From the NCBI GenBank assembly GCA_964016885.1, contig OZ024740.1, positions 195,052,001 to 195,116,000 on the forward strand: a stretch of 64,000 nt of DNA, given 5' to 3'. Positions 40,420-51,856 of this stretch are shown in pieces; the first letter of the stretch is position 1, and the number at the start of each line of letters is the position of its first letter. The position numbers were made by a program, and so were the translations under genes. Origin of the DNA: Eledone cirrhosa. Its lineage: Eukaryota. The notes under the pieces were generated by a model. It saw only the letters and a list, made by a program, of their open reading frames with translations, did not search any database and was not told the DNA's origin.

Positions 40420-41990
40420 TCATCATCATCATCGTTTAACGTCCGTGTTCCATGCTTGCATGGGTTTGGACGGAGGGTTTTCCCACTTGAGGCAAGAGTG
40501 GTTATCTTGCTCACATAGGACTATCTGGCGGGTTTTCTACAGCTGGATGCCCTTCCTAACACCAACCACATTTACAGTGTGGGGCTGGGAGGTTTTTACC
40601 GTGTTGCCTACACGGCCACATTACAGCGTGAACTGTGTGTTTTTTTTACGTGACACCTACACGATCTCATTTGTTTCGGCCTGGATGTTGTGGCACCAAC
40701 ATAACTTTACATTGAAAGGGGCGGTGTGGATGGGGTGGGGGTGGTGGGACGGGGGTGTATTTTGTTAGAGATGCCTACTGACTGTAGTAGGTTTTACTTT
40801 GTATTTAGGTAAGGCGGGTCTTCTCTATTACTGAGTACCACCAAAGGTCTCGGTCCAGTGACATTGTCTTGGAGAGGTGTAAGTGTGTGAGGTCGGAATT
40901 TATCAGCTCGTCCCAGGTTTTTCTGGGTCTGCCTATTCCATGGCTACCATCTATCTTTATTGCCCTGCACTTTGTTATACAGCTATCGTCCTTCATGCGC
41001 ATCACGTGACCATACCAACGTAGCCTTCTCTCGAGTAAACAACATCTGATCCCTCTTATCTCTAATTTTTTCCTTAGTTTGTTTATGCTTTGCCGCTCAC
41101 GTATATTACTATTACACATCCAGCGGAGCATGCAAGCTTCGTTTCTCTCTAGTCTGCGTATATCCTCTGCACACAATGCCCAGGTCTCACTGCTGTGCAA
41201 CATTGCTGTTCGTATGCAGGCATCGTACAACCTGCCTTTCATTTTTAGGGAGAACCCTTTAGCGGCTAATAGTGGTATGAGCTCTCTGAACTTTTTCCAC
41301 CCAGTTCTGACTCTAGCTACTATACTTTCAGAGCACCCTCCCCCACTGCTGATTTTGTCGCCCAGGTAACGGAAGCTGTCCACTATTTCTATAGAACCCT
41401 CTGTGCAGTTGAAAGAGCTAGTATTTTTGGGGCACTTGCTGCTACTTATTGCCCCAGAACACCGGCCACATGTAAAATCTATGTTCTTAGTTAGCTTACC
41501 TGTGATCCCACTACATCTTTTATGCACCCAAACTTTGCATTTGGGACACAAAATGGAGTTTCTACCTACGCCTTTCCTACACTCTGAGCATGGCCACTTC
41601 CCGGAGGGGACCGCCGCCTTATTTTCTTTCTTACAAACTAGAACTTTAGTCTTAGCCAGGTTAATTTTAAGGCCTTTTGATTCTAGGCCGTGCTTCCATG
41701 TTTGGAATTTCTTCTCTAGCTCGGCCATTGTTTCAGCTATGAGCGTTAGATCATCTGCGTATAGGAGTTCCCATGGGCAGCCGGTCTTGAACTCCACTGT
41801 TATAGCCTGGAGGGCAATAATAAATAGTAGGGGGCTAAGAACAGAGCTCTGATGAACACCAACTTTTACACTAAACTCTTCACTATATCCGTTGTTAATT
41901 CTAACCTTGCTGACTGTTTCTTTATACATGGCTTGTATAGCTCTCACAAGCCATTCATCAACACCTAGTTTTCTAAGAGCCCACCAGATA
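40417..41990 (-). mobile_element. 5'-truncated RTE LINE, young copy
   Basis: Uninterrupted RT/C-terminal reading frame, ~380-bp 3' UTR, (ATG)n tail, (TA)n on both flanks. Confidence 0.95.
40805..41990 (-). CDS. RTE-clade reverse transcriptase, C-terminal ~395 aa (5'-truncated), with internal PHD finger
   Basis: GVHQSSVLSPLLF, LLYADDL, GLKINLAKTK, FRYLG, RLRWYGHVMR, GRPRKTW motifs; the ORF start in (TA)n is spurious. Confidence 0.9.
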
Positions 41991-41992
41991 AT

Positions 41993-42061
<69 letters not shown>

Positions 42062-42092
42062 AAGAATCAAAGAACTGTTCAAAACATTATTG

Positions 42093-42139
42093 TGCTTACA
42101 GCTGTTTCCTCCAAACCGAGGTTTGGATTCTTCGGAGCA
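42093..42139 (-). ncRNA. Type-I hammerhead-like motif (U4C core variant)
   Basis: Reverse complement of 43837-43883. Confidence 0.6.
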
Positions 42140-43836
42140 ATTTATTAATGCATGGACAGTTATATGACCTCCTTTTCAGCCGAGAGACATACCGATACAT
42201 ATTCAAACATTGATACATATTCAAACATCGTGGGTCAACATTCATTACAGAATTTAGAGTGGCAGTACGCACTTCGAGATTACATTTATATTAAGAGGTA
42301 CAATCAAAAATCAAAAATACAGGTTAAAATACAACATGAAGATAAGCGGTTATATAGTGCAAATGTTATATGTGTGGCACGCATGTGCGTCTTGTTTATA
42401 TAGTGTGGCAGAGAGATATGTGTGGTAGAGGCACTTAGGTAGGTAAACAAGAGTGTTAGGTTGGTAGATCTGGTGGCAAATTCTTTATATGATTGATATA
42501 GTCTGTGTGTGGAGAAATGTTATAAGCATTAAAAATAGTGCAAGCATTAAAAGTGTTAAAAGTATTGGAGATGCACAGCGAAGGGATGTCAAGTATTTCA
42601 TGTACTTCGGCATTTTCATGGTCAGGGGAGTGTATTTTTCGATTATATGCCCAGCGTTACTAGATTAAATCTAGTAACGCTGTTGAGCAGTAGGACCAGG
42701 CTGCTGAGCGCAGTGAGTGAATGCATTGCAACTGCCGTGCGAGTTGTACATATATGGATGATCTGACGGTCAGAGAGGGGGGGTCGCGAGGACTGCGGAT
42801 TGACCTCTGGCCGGCCTGGGGATGATTATCTTTCGACATCCAATGTAGCAAGCGATGACCCAGAACTTACCAGAGATCATTGGGTCCTGAAGCAATCCTG
42901 CAATCACCGCGCCTGGTCCTATGAGTAGACTACAACCACAGAGATCATTAATTTAGAATCCTCGCTCATCATCTATAATTTCCATTTGTGGCACCTTATG
43001 ATGGGTTAACCCACCATAATAATATGATCACCTTCAGCATAACTTAATTAAACTACTCTATAGTTAATACACTTTATGCTTTAAAAATGTTCTTGGAGGA
43101 TGCGCATCACCATAGAAATTAGGGTCTATATTGTGACACATTTTAATAGCTAGGTATAGAAACCCCAGAGTTACCTCCCCGCATGCATTAACTCCCCTTA
43201 GCCACACACACACTTCCGGGTGGTATTCAATGGCGTTTCTCGAAACGTAACAGCCTCCTGTATTGAACTAAAGAACACCAGACTACGATCTCTAACTGGA
43301 TTGTCAAACGCTCAATATCGGATTGTCGTGGATTATGTGAAGAGCATATAATCGAAAAATACACTCCCCTGACCATGAAAATGCCGAAGTACATGAAATA
43401 CTTGACATCCCTTCGCTGTGCATCTCCAATACTTTTAACACTTTTAATGCTTATAACATTTCTCCACACACAGACTATATCAATCATATAAAGAATTTGC
43501 CACCAGATCTACCAACCTAACACTCTTGTTTACCTACCTAAGTGCCTCTACCACACATATCTCTCTGCCACACTATATAAACAAGACGCACATGCGTGCC
43601 ACACATATAACATTTGCACTATATAACCGCTTATCTTCATGTTGTATTTTAACCTGTATTTTTGATTTTTGATTGTACCTCTTAATATAAATGTAATCTC
43701 GAAGTGTGTACTGCCACTCTAAATTCTGTAATGAATGTTGACCCACAATGTTTGAATATGTATCAATGTTTGAATATGTATCGGTATGTCTCTCGGCTGA
43801 AAAGGAGGTCATATAACTGTCCATGCATTAATAAAT

Positions 43837-43883
43837 TGCTCCGAAGAATCCAAACCTCGGTTTGGAGGAAACAGCTGTAAGCA
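43837..43883 (+). ncRNA. Type-I hammerhead-like motif (U4C core variant)
   Basis: TGCT-CCGAAGA-a-TCCAAACC(tc)GGTTTGGA-g-GAAAC-agct-GTA-AGCA; palindromic ACAGCTGT stem III. Confidence 0.6.
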
Positions 43884-44521
43884 CAATAATGTTTTGAACA
43901 GTTCTTTGATTCTTATACTTCATAAAACTGCTCTGTAAATCATCTGATGTTTTTACATTGAGCTACTTAACTTACTGGTAATAAGGTAGTAATACATTAC
44001 TGCCTACCACTATTTAGGGTGTGTGTAAAATACTTATAACTGCATAAGGTTTTGTATTTACATAACCATAAATAGTATAACTAATACTATATTATTTTAC
44101 GTCTTTTATATTATTGTTCTGCATCCTCCTGCATTGAACCACCTAGGTACTATGACATAACCTGTGTATTTGCTGGCATAGGCGTGCATCTGTGCGCTTA
44201 TGTTAGTTGATATATTAAATTATCTATATTTATCTCCAAATCACTGATTTGTCGAGCAAACCTGCCAAAACCACTTCTAAAAAAACTTTTTTTTTGGGGG
44301 GGGGGGTGTTAGTAGGCGTCAGTCATCTTACCACCCCATTCCTTCTGACTAGCCTCTGTGTCACATGATTGATTCTTTAGAATCGGCCATTTGACTAGAA
44401 GCAGTGAGGATTTCAGTGCATGGAATTCAGTCCTCGCTAACTGTTCCATCTACCGAATTATTATTATTTTTATATGAGCCGCCAGTGTCCGCGCATTGCC
44501 TGGAGACTTAGCTGAGAATAG

Positions 44522-44603
44522 ACTCCCTGATGACGCAATGAATTCTCGACAGTTAGATTACGTAACTGTCTTTATCCCATTGCAGAAACTAATTAGTTGG
44601 AGT
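44522..44603 (+). ncRNA. Type-I hammerhead ribozyme with extended stem II
   Basis: ACTCC-CTGATGA-c-GCAATG...GACAGTTA(gattacg)TAACTGTC...CATTGC-a-GAAAC-taatta-GTT-GGAGT; all three stems pair. Confidence 0.8.
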
Positions 44604-44669
44604 GAAAATTTAAGTAAGTAAAAAATTTTTAAAAAAAAATTTTTTTTAAAAAGATTTTCTTATTTTACG

Positions 44670-44844
<175 letters not shown>

Positions 44845-44846
44845 AT

Positions 44847-45193
44847 GGAGGCACATGGCTTAGTGGTTAGAGAATTGGCCTTACAATCGAAAGGTTGTGA
44901 GTTCAATTCTCAGACCGGGTGATGTGTTGTTTCCTTGAGCAAGACACTTTATTTCACATTGCTCCAGTTTACTCAGCTGTAGCAATGAGATGATAGGGGC
45001 TGGGGTCCATATCATTCCACTGTAAAGTGGACGTGTAGGTGCCACAGCAAAAAAGCACCCAGCACTCACTGTAAATGAGGTTGGTGTTAGGAAGGGCATC
45101 CAGCTGTAGAAATCAAGCCAGAATCAGTTCCCGTCCCACCCTTGCAAGCAGGGAAAAAGCGGACGTAAAATGAAATGATGATGATGATGATGA
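44847..45193 (+). mobile_element. SINE family B
   Basis: Near-identical to 22754-23101. Confidence 0.9.
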
Positions 45194-45557
45194 TATATAT
45201 ATATATATTATGAAGTGCATGAAGTGTACAATAAACTTATATCTCTATATATACAATGTGTGTGACTGGGACTGAAAGAATGTGTATATAAAAAAACACA
45301 CATTTAATATGTAGACATGTAAACAACCACAAGGAAATACACATTTGATGGGCTTATATACCCATTCACTCTTAATAGTATTCTGAAATGCATGTACTAC
45401 TTTGCATATAATTAGCACTCATCTTAGTCTTAAGTCCTCTTATGCCCTGGGACATATTGGGCAACAAGTCTTCTCCAATTTACACTATCAGCTGCTGCAT
45501 CTTGCGTAGTTTCCTAGTCCAGTCTAATTTTCTTTGAAAGTTGAGTATTTATTTCAG

Positions 45558-46005
45558 AAGGCGCATGGCTTAGTGTGAAGGTGCATGGTTTAGTGGTTAG
45601 AGCATTGGACTTGCAATCGAAAAAGTTGTGAGTTCAATTCTCGGACCAGGTGATGTGTTGTTTCCTTGAGCAAGACACTTTATTTCACATTGCTCCAGTT
45701 TACTCAGCTGTAGAAATGAGATGATAGGACTGGGGTTCCTATCATTCCACTGCAAAGTGGTCGTGGAGGTGCCACGGCAAAAAAGCACCCTGTAAAAGTG
45801 GACATGTAGGCGACATGGAAAAAAAGTACCCAGCACTCACTGTAAATGAGGTTGCTGTTAAGAAGGGCATCCAGCTGTAGAAATCAAGCCAGAATCAGTT
45901 CCCGTATGAGCAAGACAAGGTCAGCCGACCGGACACTGGCCACAACAGGACAACCCATCTAACCCATGCTAGCCTGGAAGAACAGACGTAAAACGGTGAT
46001 GATGA
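45558..46005 (+). mobile_element. SINE family B, long-tail variant
   Basis: Same head/CORE; duplicated head start and subrepeat; extra ATGAGCAAGACAAGGTCAGCCGAC segment in the tail. Confidence 0.85.
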
Positions 46006-46043
46006 TATATATTAAGAAGTAAGTTAAGCAGCCAAAGTGTACA

Positions 46044-46070
<27 letters not shown>

Positions 46071-46074
<4 letters not shown>

Positions 46075-48149
46075 TTTGGTCATTTTGGAAGCCTCAACAA
46101 GACAGATGGGTAAATCTCCGGGTAACAGAATCCGGTGGTGAAGAGAGAGATGTAAGAGGAAATGTAGAATGAGATCTATTGTGTGTAGAGGAACGTAGAA
46201 AAGAGCGTAAAAACTAAAAATAATAACACGAGAGTTACCTTGGGAAAGATTTAATTGTCCATATATTTCGGATTTCGCATCCATCAACTGGGGGGTTTTC
46301 CGAGGGGGAAAGTTATCTGTCGGAGAGGAATGGTACGTGGCCCCTGTTGTCCGCCATTTGTATGTAACTGAGATATTCTGAAGAGCGTACGTCCGGGCGG
46401 AATAGGTGCAGTCAAGCAAACGTCAAGGCAGCTCCTCTTTATTGTGGGAGTGGGCCGGTGCTAGCTGTCAATCCATTGTACTACCTATATTCAGTCTTTG
46501 GTACTAGCAGTGTAGTAGTCTGTCTGGTCACTTGTTGGTTGGTGGATGGTGGGGGCGCTATACATACAATAACAATCGTTCAAATGCCACTGTGTGCATG
46601 TGTATGCGTGTGTTGTTGTCTCGTTTGTTTACACCAGCCACCCCGTCTCGCTTCTCTCGGATCGCTGATTTATTTGTGGTGTTTGATCCAAAGTGCTTCC
46701 TTGATTCGTAACGTGCCGACATTGCGTTCTGTCGCTAGCACTGTGACAATGGGCCTTCCATCTTTGTTTCCGCATTTAGTTATGTGTTTCCGGAAAGACG
46801 AGGCCCTGGTGTTGATGTGCTCCTTGATCCGGATATCTAGCGGCCGGATTGTGCTACTGATATAGTAGTGGTTGCACTTGTCACATTCTACCCTGTATAC
46901 AACGTATGTGCGTAAGCAACAGTTTGTTTGGCGCATCGGACAGTTTCTGAGGGAACATGCGTCAGTCGATTTCCCAGGTTTCCTGGAGAGGCATCTCCAT
47001 AGGGAGGGGCTCGAGTGGGCCAGGTGGATGTCGAGGCGCTCTTTCCATACAGCCCTGCGGATAGTGTTGGTGGTTTTCTTGCCCAGGTGTGGGATTTTAA
47101 GGAAGCACTTACCTCGTGTATTTCTCTGCCTCTTGCGTCTGGTGTCTCTTACTCTGTTTGTAAGCGAGGCTGGGTATCCGTTCGTCTGCAGCACCCTGAG
47201 GAACCGCTTGGTATAGGTGACACCACTCACGGGATCGCTACATCTGTTTTTAAATCGCGTGATCTCGTTCGTGATGTACCCACTTTTAGCACTGTTAGGG
47301 AGGGCAGACTTGTAGTAGACGAACAAGTCCTTGCAGGCTGCCTTGCAGTAGAAGTTGGTGTGGATCCCTCCCTGCTCCGTGATGTTGATTCGAAAGTCGA
47401 GGAGGGCAAGGGACCCATCGCCATTGGGTGTTCAACACTGAAATCAATATTCTCATCTGTGTTGTTGAACGTCCCATAGATTCCGTTCGCCATCTCCTGG
47501 GAAGATGTGAGGATGAGGATGTCATCCACGTACCTTGAGAAAAAGGCGACGGCGTTGGGGTGACAAGTGTTGAGTGCCGTGTGCTCAAGGCTGCCCATGT
47601 ATGAGATCGCTAGCACACCCGACAGGCCCATGGGTAGCCCCTAGGTTTGCCGGTATGTTTGGTCGAGAAAACCGAAATACGTGTTGTCAACGACGTCGGA
47701 TAGGAACTGGTGGATGTCAGTAGGGGTGAGCCCGAAGCAGTGTAGGTCGGTAGATTGAACGCATTCCATCAGTATATCAACGGCCGAGAGCGCCGGGACC
47801 GAGGTGTAAAGAGCAACCACGTCAAAGCTGAAGGCATACCTGTTAGCCTTTCTGGTGTCGGGATCCATTTGATGCAGGCGCTCCAACACCTCCTTCGAGC
47901 AGTTTACATGTCCCGGCAAGGTGTCTAGTATGGGTTTAAGTATTCTGGCTAGGAGCCATGAAATTTTATAGAACGCTCCTTCTACGCTCGATACAATAGG
48001 TCTCATCTCATTCTACATTTCCTCTTACATCTCTCCCTTCACCACCGGATTCTGTTACCCGGAGATTTACCCATCTGCACTGTTGAGGCTTCCAAAACGA
48101 CCAAAATTTGTTATTATTCCACAATGCTTCAAGTAAACTTCAATACTCT

Positions 48150-48152
<3 letters not shown>
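46071..48152 (-). mobile_element. Penelope-like element, 5'-truncated, with inverted ~105-bp terminal repeat (46071-46175 / 48005-48109)
   Basis: RT + GIY-YIG coding remnants between inverted repeats; (TA)n on both flanks. Confidence 0.9.
46670..48006 (-). pseudogene. PLE reverse transcriptase + GIY-YIG endonuclease (stop and frameshift)
   Basis: RPIVS, SFDVVALYTSVP, YRQT*GLPMG, RYVDDIL, Cys-rich linker, VVYRVECDKCNHYYISST.RPL..RIKEH, LRIKEALWIK. Confidence 0.9.
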
Positions 48153-48203
<51 letters not shown>

Positions 48204-48206
<3 letters not shown>

Positions 48207-48609
48207 TCATCATCATCATCATCATCATCACCGTTTTACATCCGTTCTTCCATGCTAGCATGGGTTAGACGGGTTGTCCTGTTGTGGGCAGTGTCCAGTC
48301 GGCTGACCTTGTCTTGCTCATACGGGAACTGATTCTGGCTTGATTTCTACAGCTGGATGCCCTTCCTAACACCAACCTCATTTACAGTGAGTGCTGGGTG
48401 CTTTTTTCCCATGGCAGCTCCACGTCCACTTTACAGTGGAATGATAGGAACCCCAGTCCTATCATCTCATTTCTACAGCTGAGTAAACTGGAGCAATGTG
48501 AAATAAAGTGTCTTGCTCAAGGAAACAACACATCACCCGATCCGAAAATTGAACTCACAACCTTTTGATTGCAAACCCAATGCTCTAACCACTAAGCGAT
48601 ATAAGCCAT
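48204..48609 (-). mobile_element. SINE family B, long-tail variant
   Basis: Reverse complement of the 45558-46005 type. Confidence 0.85.
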
Positions 48610-48670
48610 ATATATATAAGGGCAGTGAGCGGGTCAGGGAGCACTAACTTGATAATGACCAGAGTCAGAA

Positions 48671-48737
48671 ATGATGACGTCATCATCGCTAGTAACCCGT
48701 CCTTAGCTTCTGCTGGAACACACTAGATGGCGCTACG
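48671..48737. promoter_or_regulatory. Candidate CRE palindrome plus CTCF-like motif
   Basis: TGACGTCA inside ATGATGACGTCATCAT; CACTAGATGGCGCTA at 48721-48735; motif matches only. Confidence 0.25.
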
Positions 48738-49257
48738 CCATCAGTTTTCAAATTCATAGCTGAAGGCTTACAGAATGTTTATTTATAAACATACCGTATA
48801 TCGTCAGATATACAAATTCATCTATTATATATATATATATACATACACACACACACACACATATATACAGTGCGGGTAAATGAGACTGCGACAATACGTG
48901 TATAAATATACACCATTTTTAATATTTAGACATGTAACCGTGACAGAAAATATGAATCTCCCTGTAAACTGAAAATTAATTATAATTAGCGCTCCTCTTG
49001 GTAGTTAATTAAGATATATATTAAGAAAAAAAGATGAAATGGTCATAGTTGGAATGCTTTTGATCATAGGTTTGGTTGATCAGTGTTGACCTGGGACTAA
49101 GCAACACTACCGCTACCACCACCACCATCAACAACAACCCATTCATACCAAGCAAATTAGGGAACCTCAATGTAGTTGCTCAACCTGCCACAAAACAACA
49201 GCCAAATCACCAGCCACCATCATAAATATAAGAATGGATACACCCAATACTGTAGTC

Positions 49258-49580
49258 TTAACTCTTTTGTCGCACTATATTTCTCATAAAAGATACTACC
49301 TATGGTTTTCAAATAGTTAAGTATTTAGGATGATTTAGTAATATAACTAACTTTTTCATTTATCTGGTGTTTGGAACATAATTGTTTCTACGTTAGGCAC
49401 AAGGCCAGCAATTACCCAGTGTATTACTGGTACTTTGGGTGTTTGGAACATAATTTTATGTAACAACATTTGTTAAATTATAATGGGTGGTTTTCAGATG
49501 ACTGTAAACACTTTAAAACAAACAGATTCTTATCAAGGAAACAGGGATGGTTTTAGTCAGTTTGGTATTAAAAGTGTTAA
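49258..49580. mobile_element. TTAA MITE family 2, interrupted by a truncated SINE A (49384-49437)
   Basis: TTAA|CTCTTTTG ... TTGGTATTAAAAGTG|TTAA; the SINE piece is flanked by 18-bp TSD GGTGTTTGGAACATAATT. Confidence 0.65.
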
Positions 49581-49794
49581 CCCATTAGCATTTACATTAC
49601 TCTATATTTACTATTGTATTTTGAAGGTAAACACCTATTTCACATAATATCGAATCTACGAGATTTTGATATTATGTATTTTGAGAACAATACCTTAACA
49701 TAAGTATGAGCAGCTGGTTATGGCTAGTTTGAACAGGAGGAGGTAAGAGGAACCTGGCCAGTTGAAACAGCAAGTGGAAATGCTAAAGGGTTAA
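49577..49794 (+). mobile_element. TTAA MITE family 1
   Basis: TTAA|CCCATTAGCATTT ... AAATGCTAAAGGG|TTAA. Confidence 0.8.
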
Positions 49795-50541
49795 ATATAC
49801 TATCAGACACAAAAGGTGGTGTGATCATGGCTGGAAAGACTTTCATTAAAGGTCTGCATGATCAAGGATGTCCTGGAGTTTAAACATCAACTTATTCATA
49901 ATAAGCAAATGGTTGTTCAACTTGCTAAAATGCTAAAAATAGCAGCTAAATTTCCTTTTAATCACACCTACAATCTATGAAAAACATGCACCATGCCTGA
50001 AACAGAAGATGGGATGGTCACAACTGGAATGCTTTTAATCATAGATTTGCATAATCAGAGTTGAATTGGGACCAAACAGCAATAAACAGCAAAAATTATT
50101 TATATTTGCAAAATGGTCAAGATTATTGACAAGTCTATATATAGGAGGATGTGATAGCAAAGATGGTGGTTATGCAGGGACAGGGAAGATAATTCAGTTA
50201 TGTTGTCAAAGAAGATGAAGCAGTTATGATGAAATAAGGGCAACATTGGCTATAGTGAGCTGATTCAATGAAGGCAAGTCAATAAATGTAATAATTGTTT
50301 CTACTTTTGGCACAAGGCCAGCAATTACCTAGTGTATTACTGTTACTTTATTTTATCGACCCCGTAATGATGAAAAATGTAATAATGGGAGGTCAAGGAA
50401 GGAGGGTTCAGTTCACATGTTTCATGTTGCTGTCCTGTTGCCATGAAACTTTTCAACACTAAGTGGACTAAAGTGAAAGGAGGAGGAGGAGAAGAAGAAG
50501 ACACAGAGGTATGAAATGTTAACAAGAAGAAAAAACATGTG

Positions 50542-50659
<118 letters not shown>

Positions 50660-51399
50660 ACAGAGAGAGATAGAGAAAAAGAGACTGATATGCTAGTCTA
50701 CCATATATCTGGTCATGAAAAGACACTGGGAGATTGGAAAGTGGATAAAAAAATGTTGGCCCCAGACTGAGGTCTGTGATAAATATAATACTTGTTAATG
50801 TTTTCAAAGAATTTGTACATGGATAAAACAAACTAAGAGAAAAGATAGTGGTAAAACTGAAACCATTTTATGAAACAAGCATTTTGTTATAGCTATAAAG
50901 AAGTATGGTTCATATAAAATAAACCCCCAAAAAACAAAACAGCATCCATTTCTTTAGCAACTAGAAATAAAATTCTTGGCAACTCAACAACAGCAGTTAA
51001 GATAGACAAATAAAGAGAAGATATTAATTGAAGATCATTGTCTTTCGAAAAATATATTTGTTTTGTGTTACAACAAATAGTAGTAAGAAGTGAAAAGAAT
51101 GGTTTATTGTGTGAATAAATATCACAGAACTAATGTAACAATGGAAATAAGTGTTTGCAAAGAAATATTACTAAAACTGTTTTGCAATAAATATTCTGTA
51201 AGTAGGGATTATAACTATTTAATAACAAAAATCACTACAGTATTTGCTCTTCAATCTACTTAATATATATATATATATGTTCTGTGTATATGTATGTATT
51301 TAAGTTTATGTGTGTGTATATGTGTATATATGTATTTAAGTGTATGTGTGTGTGTATATGTGTGTGTGTGTGCATGTGTGTACATATATATATATCAGG

Positions 51400-51856
51400 A
51401 TAGAACCAGTTTAAAATTAGTTAGATCATTACTGAACAGAGTATTCGATACTTATGATAGTAGAGTATGGCTTAAGGAACAGCCCACCTCATGCTCCTGG
51501 CCGACAGAATGAAGAAAACATTGCCCCGAAGGATGGTGAGGGAGACGTGCTGGAACAGCCACTCCACCTCAGAGAGTTCACAGTTGCAAGTAGCCAGTTC
51601 CACTCTGATAGCAGTAAGCTGGGATGTGGTTTGGGAGCCAAGAATGTCAGAAGTCTCCACTGCCATAGGCTCAACCACAAACCTATCAGAGAATGGCCGA
51701 TACTCAGACAGTTTGCCCTCTTTGGTTTGGTGGATAGCAGAGTCTGGGCTGGGAGCTGATCACACCAGGTTACCACTAGAGAAGATGTGAAATGTGACAT
51801 TCCAGATTAGGGGCCTACCCCTATGGAATGGGTTTTATTTTATCATGCCTGATGGA
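51400..51856 (-). mobile_element. CRE-like (restriction-like endonuclease) LINE 3' fragment
   Basis: PFHRGRPLIWNVTF...PMAVETSDILG...WLFQHVSLTILRGNVFFIL matches the PW..G..L.WD.T / P.AVET.G / QR.S.A..RGNA pattern. Confidence 0.75.

Larger units (their letters stand above)
42052..43924. mobile_element. Penelope-like remnant: ~600-bp near-perfect inverted repeat (42052-42650 / 43344-43924) with ~690-bp spacer
   Basis: Arms are reverse complements (83-aa pseudo-ORFs on both strands differ at one residue); each arm carries a hammerhead-like motif near its outer end. Confidence 0.75.

Noticed and set aside
41991-42082. N-terminus of the 425-aa ORF
   Set aside because: Read-through from (TA)n and the neighbouring inverted repeat; the LINE is 5'-truncated
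42152-42403. 83-aa ORF duplicated at 43573-43824
   Set aside because: By-product of the inverted repeat; no recognisable protein features
48080-48102. CTGTTGAGGCTTCCAAAAC as a hammerhead core
   Set aside because: Mismatches at catalytically essential positions in both repeat copies and no NUH/stem I partner
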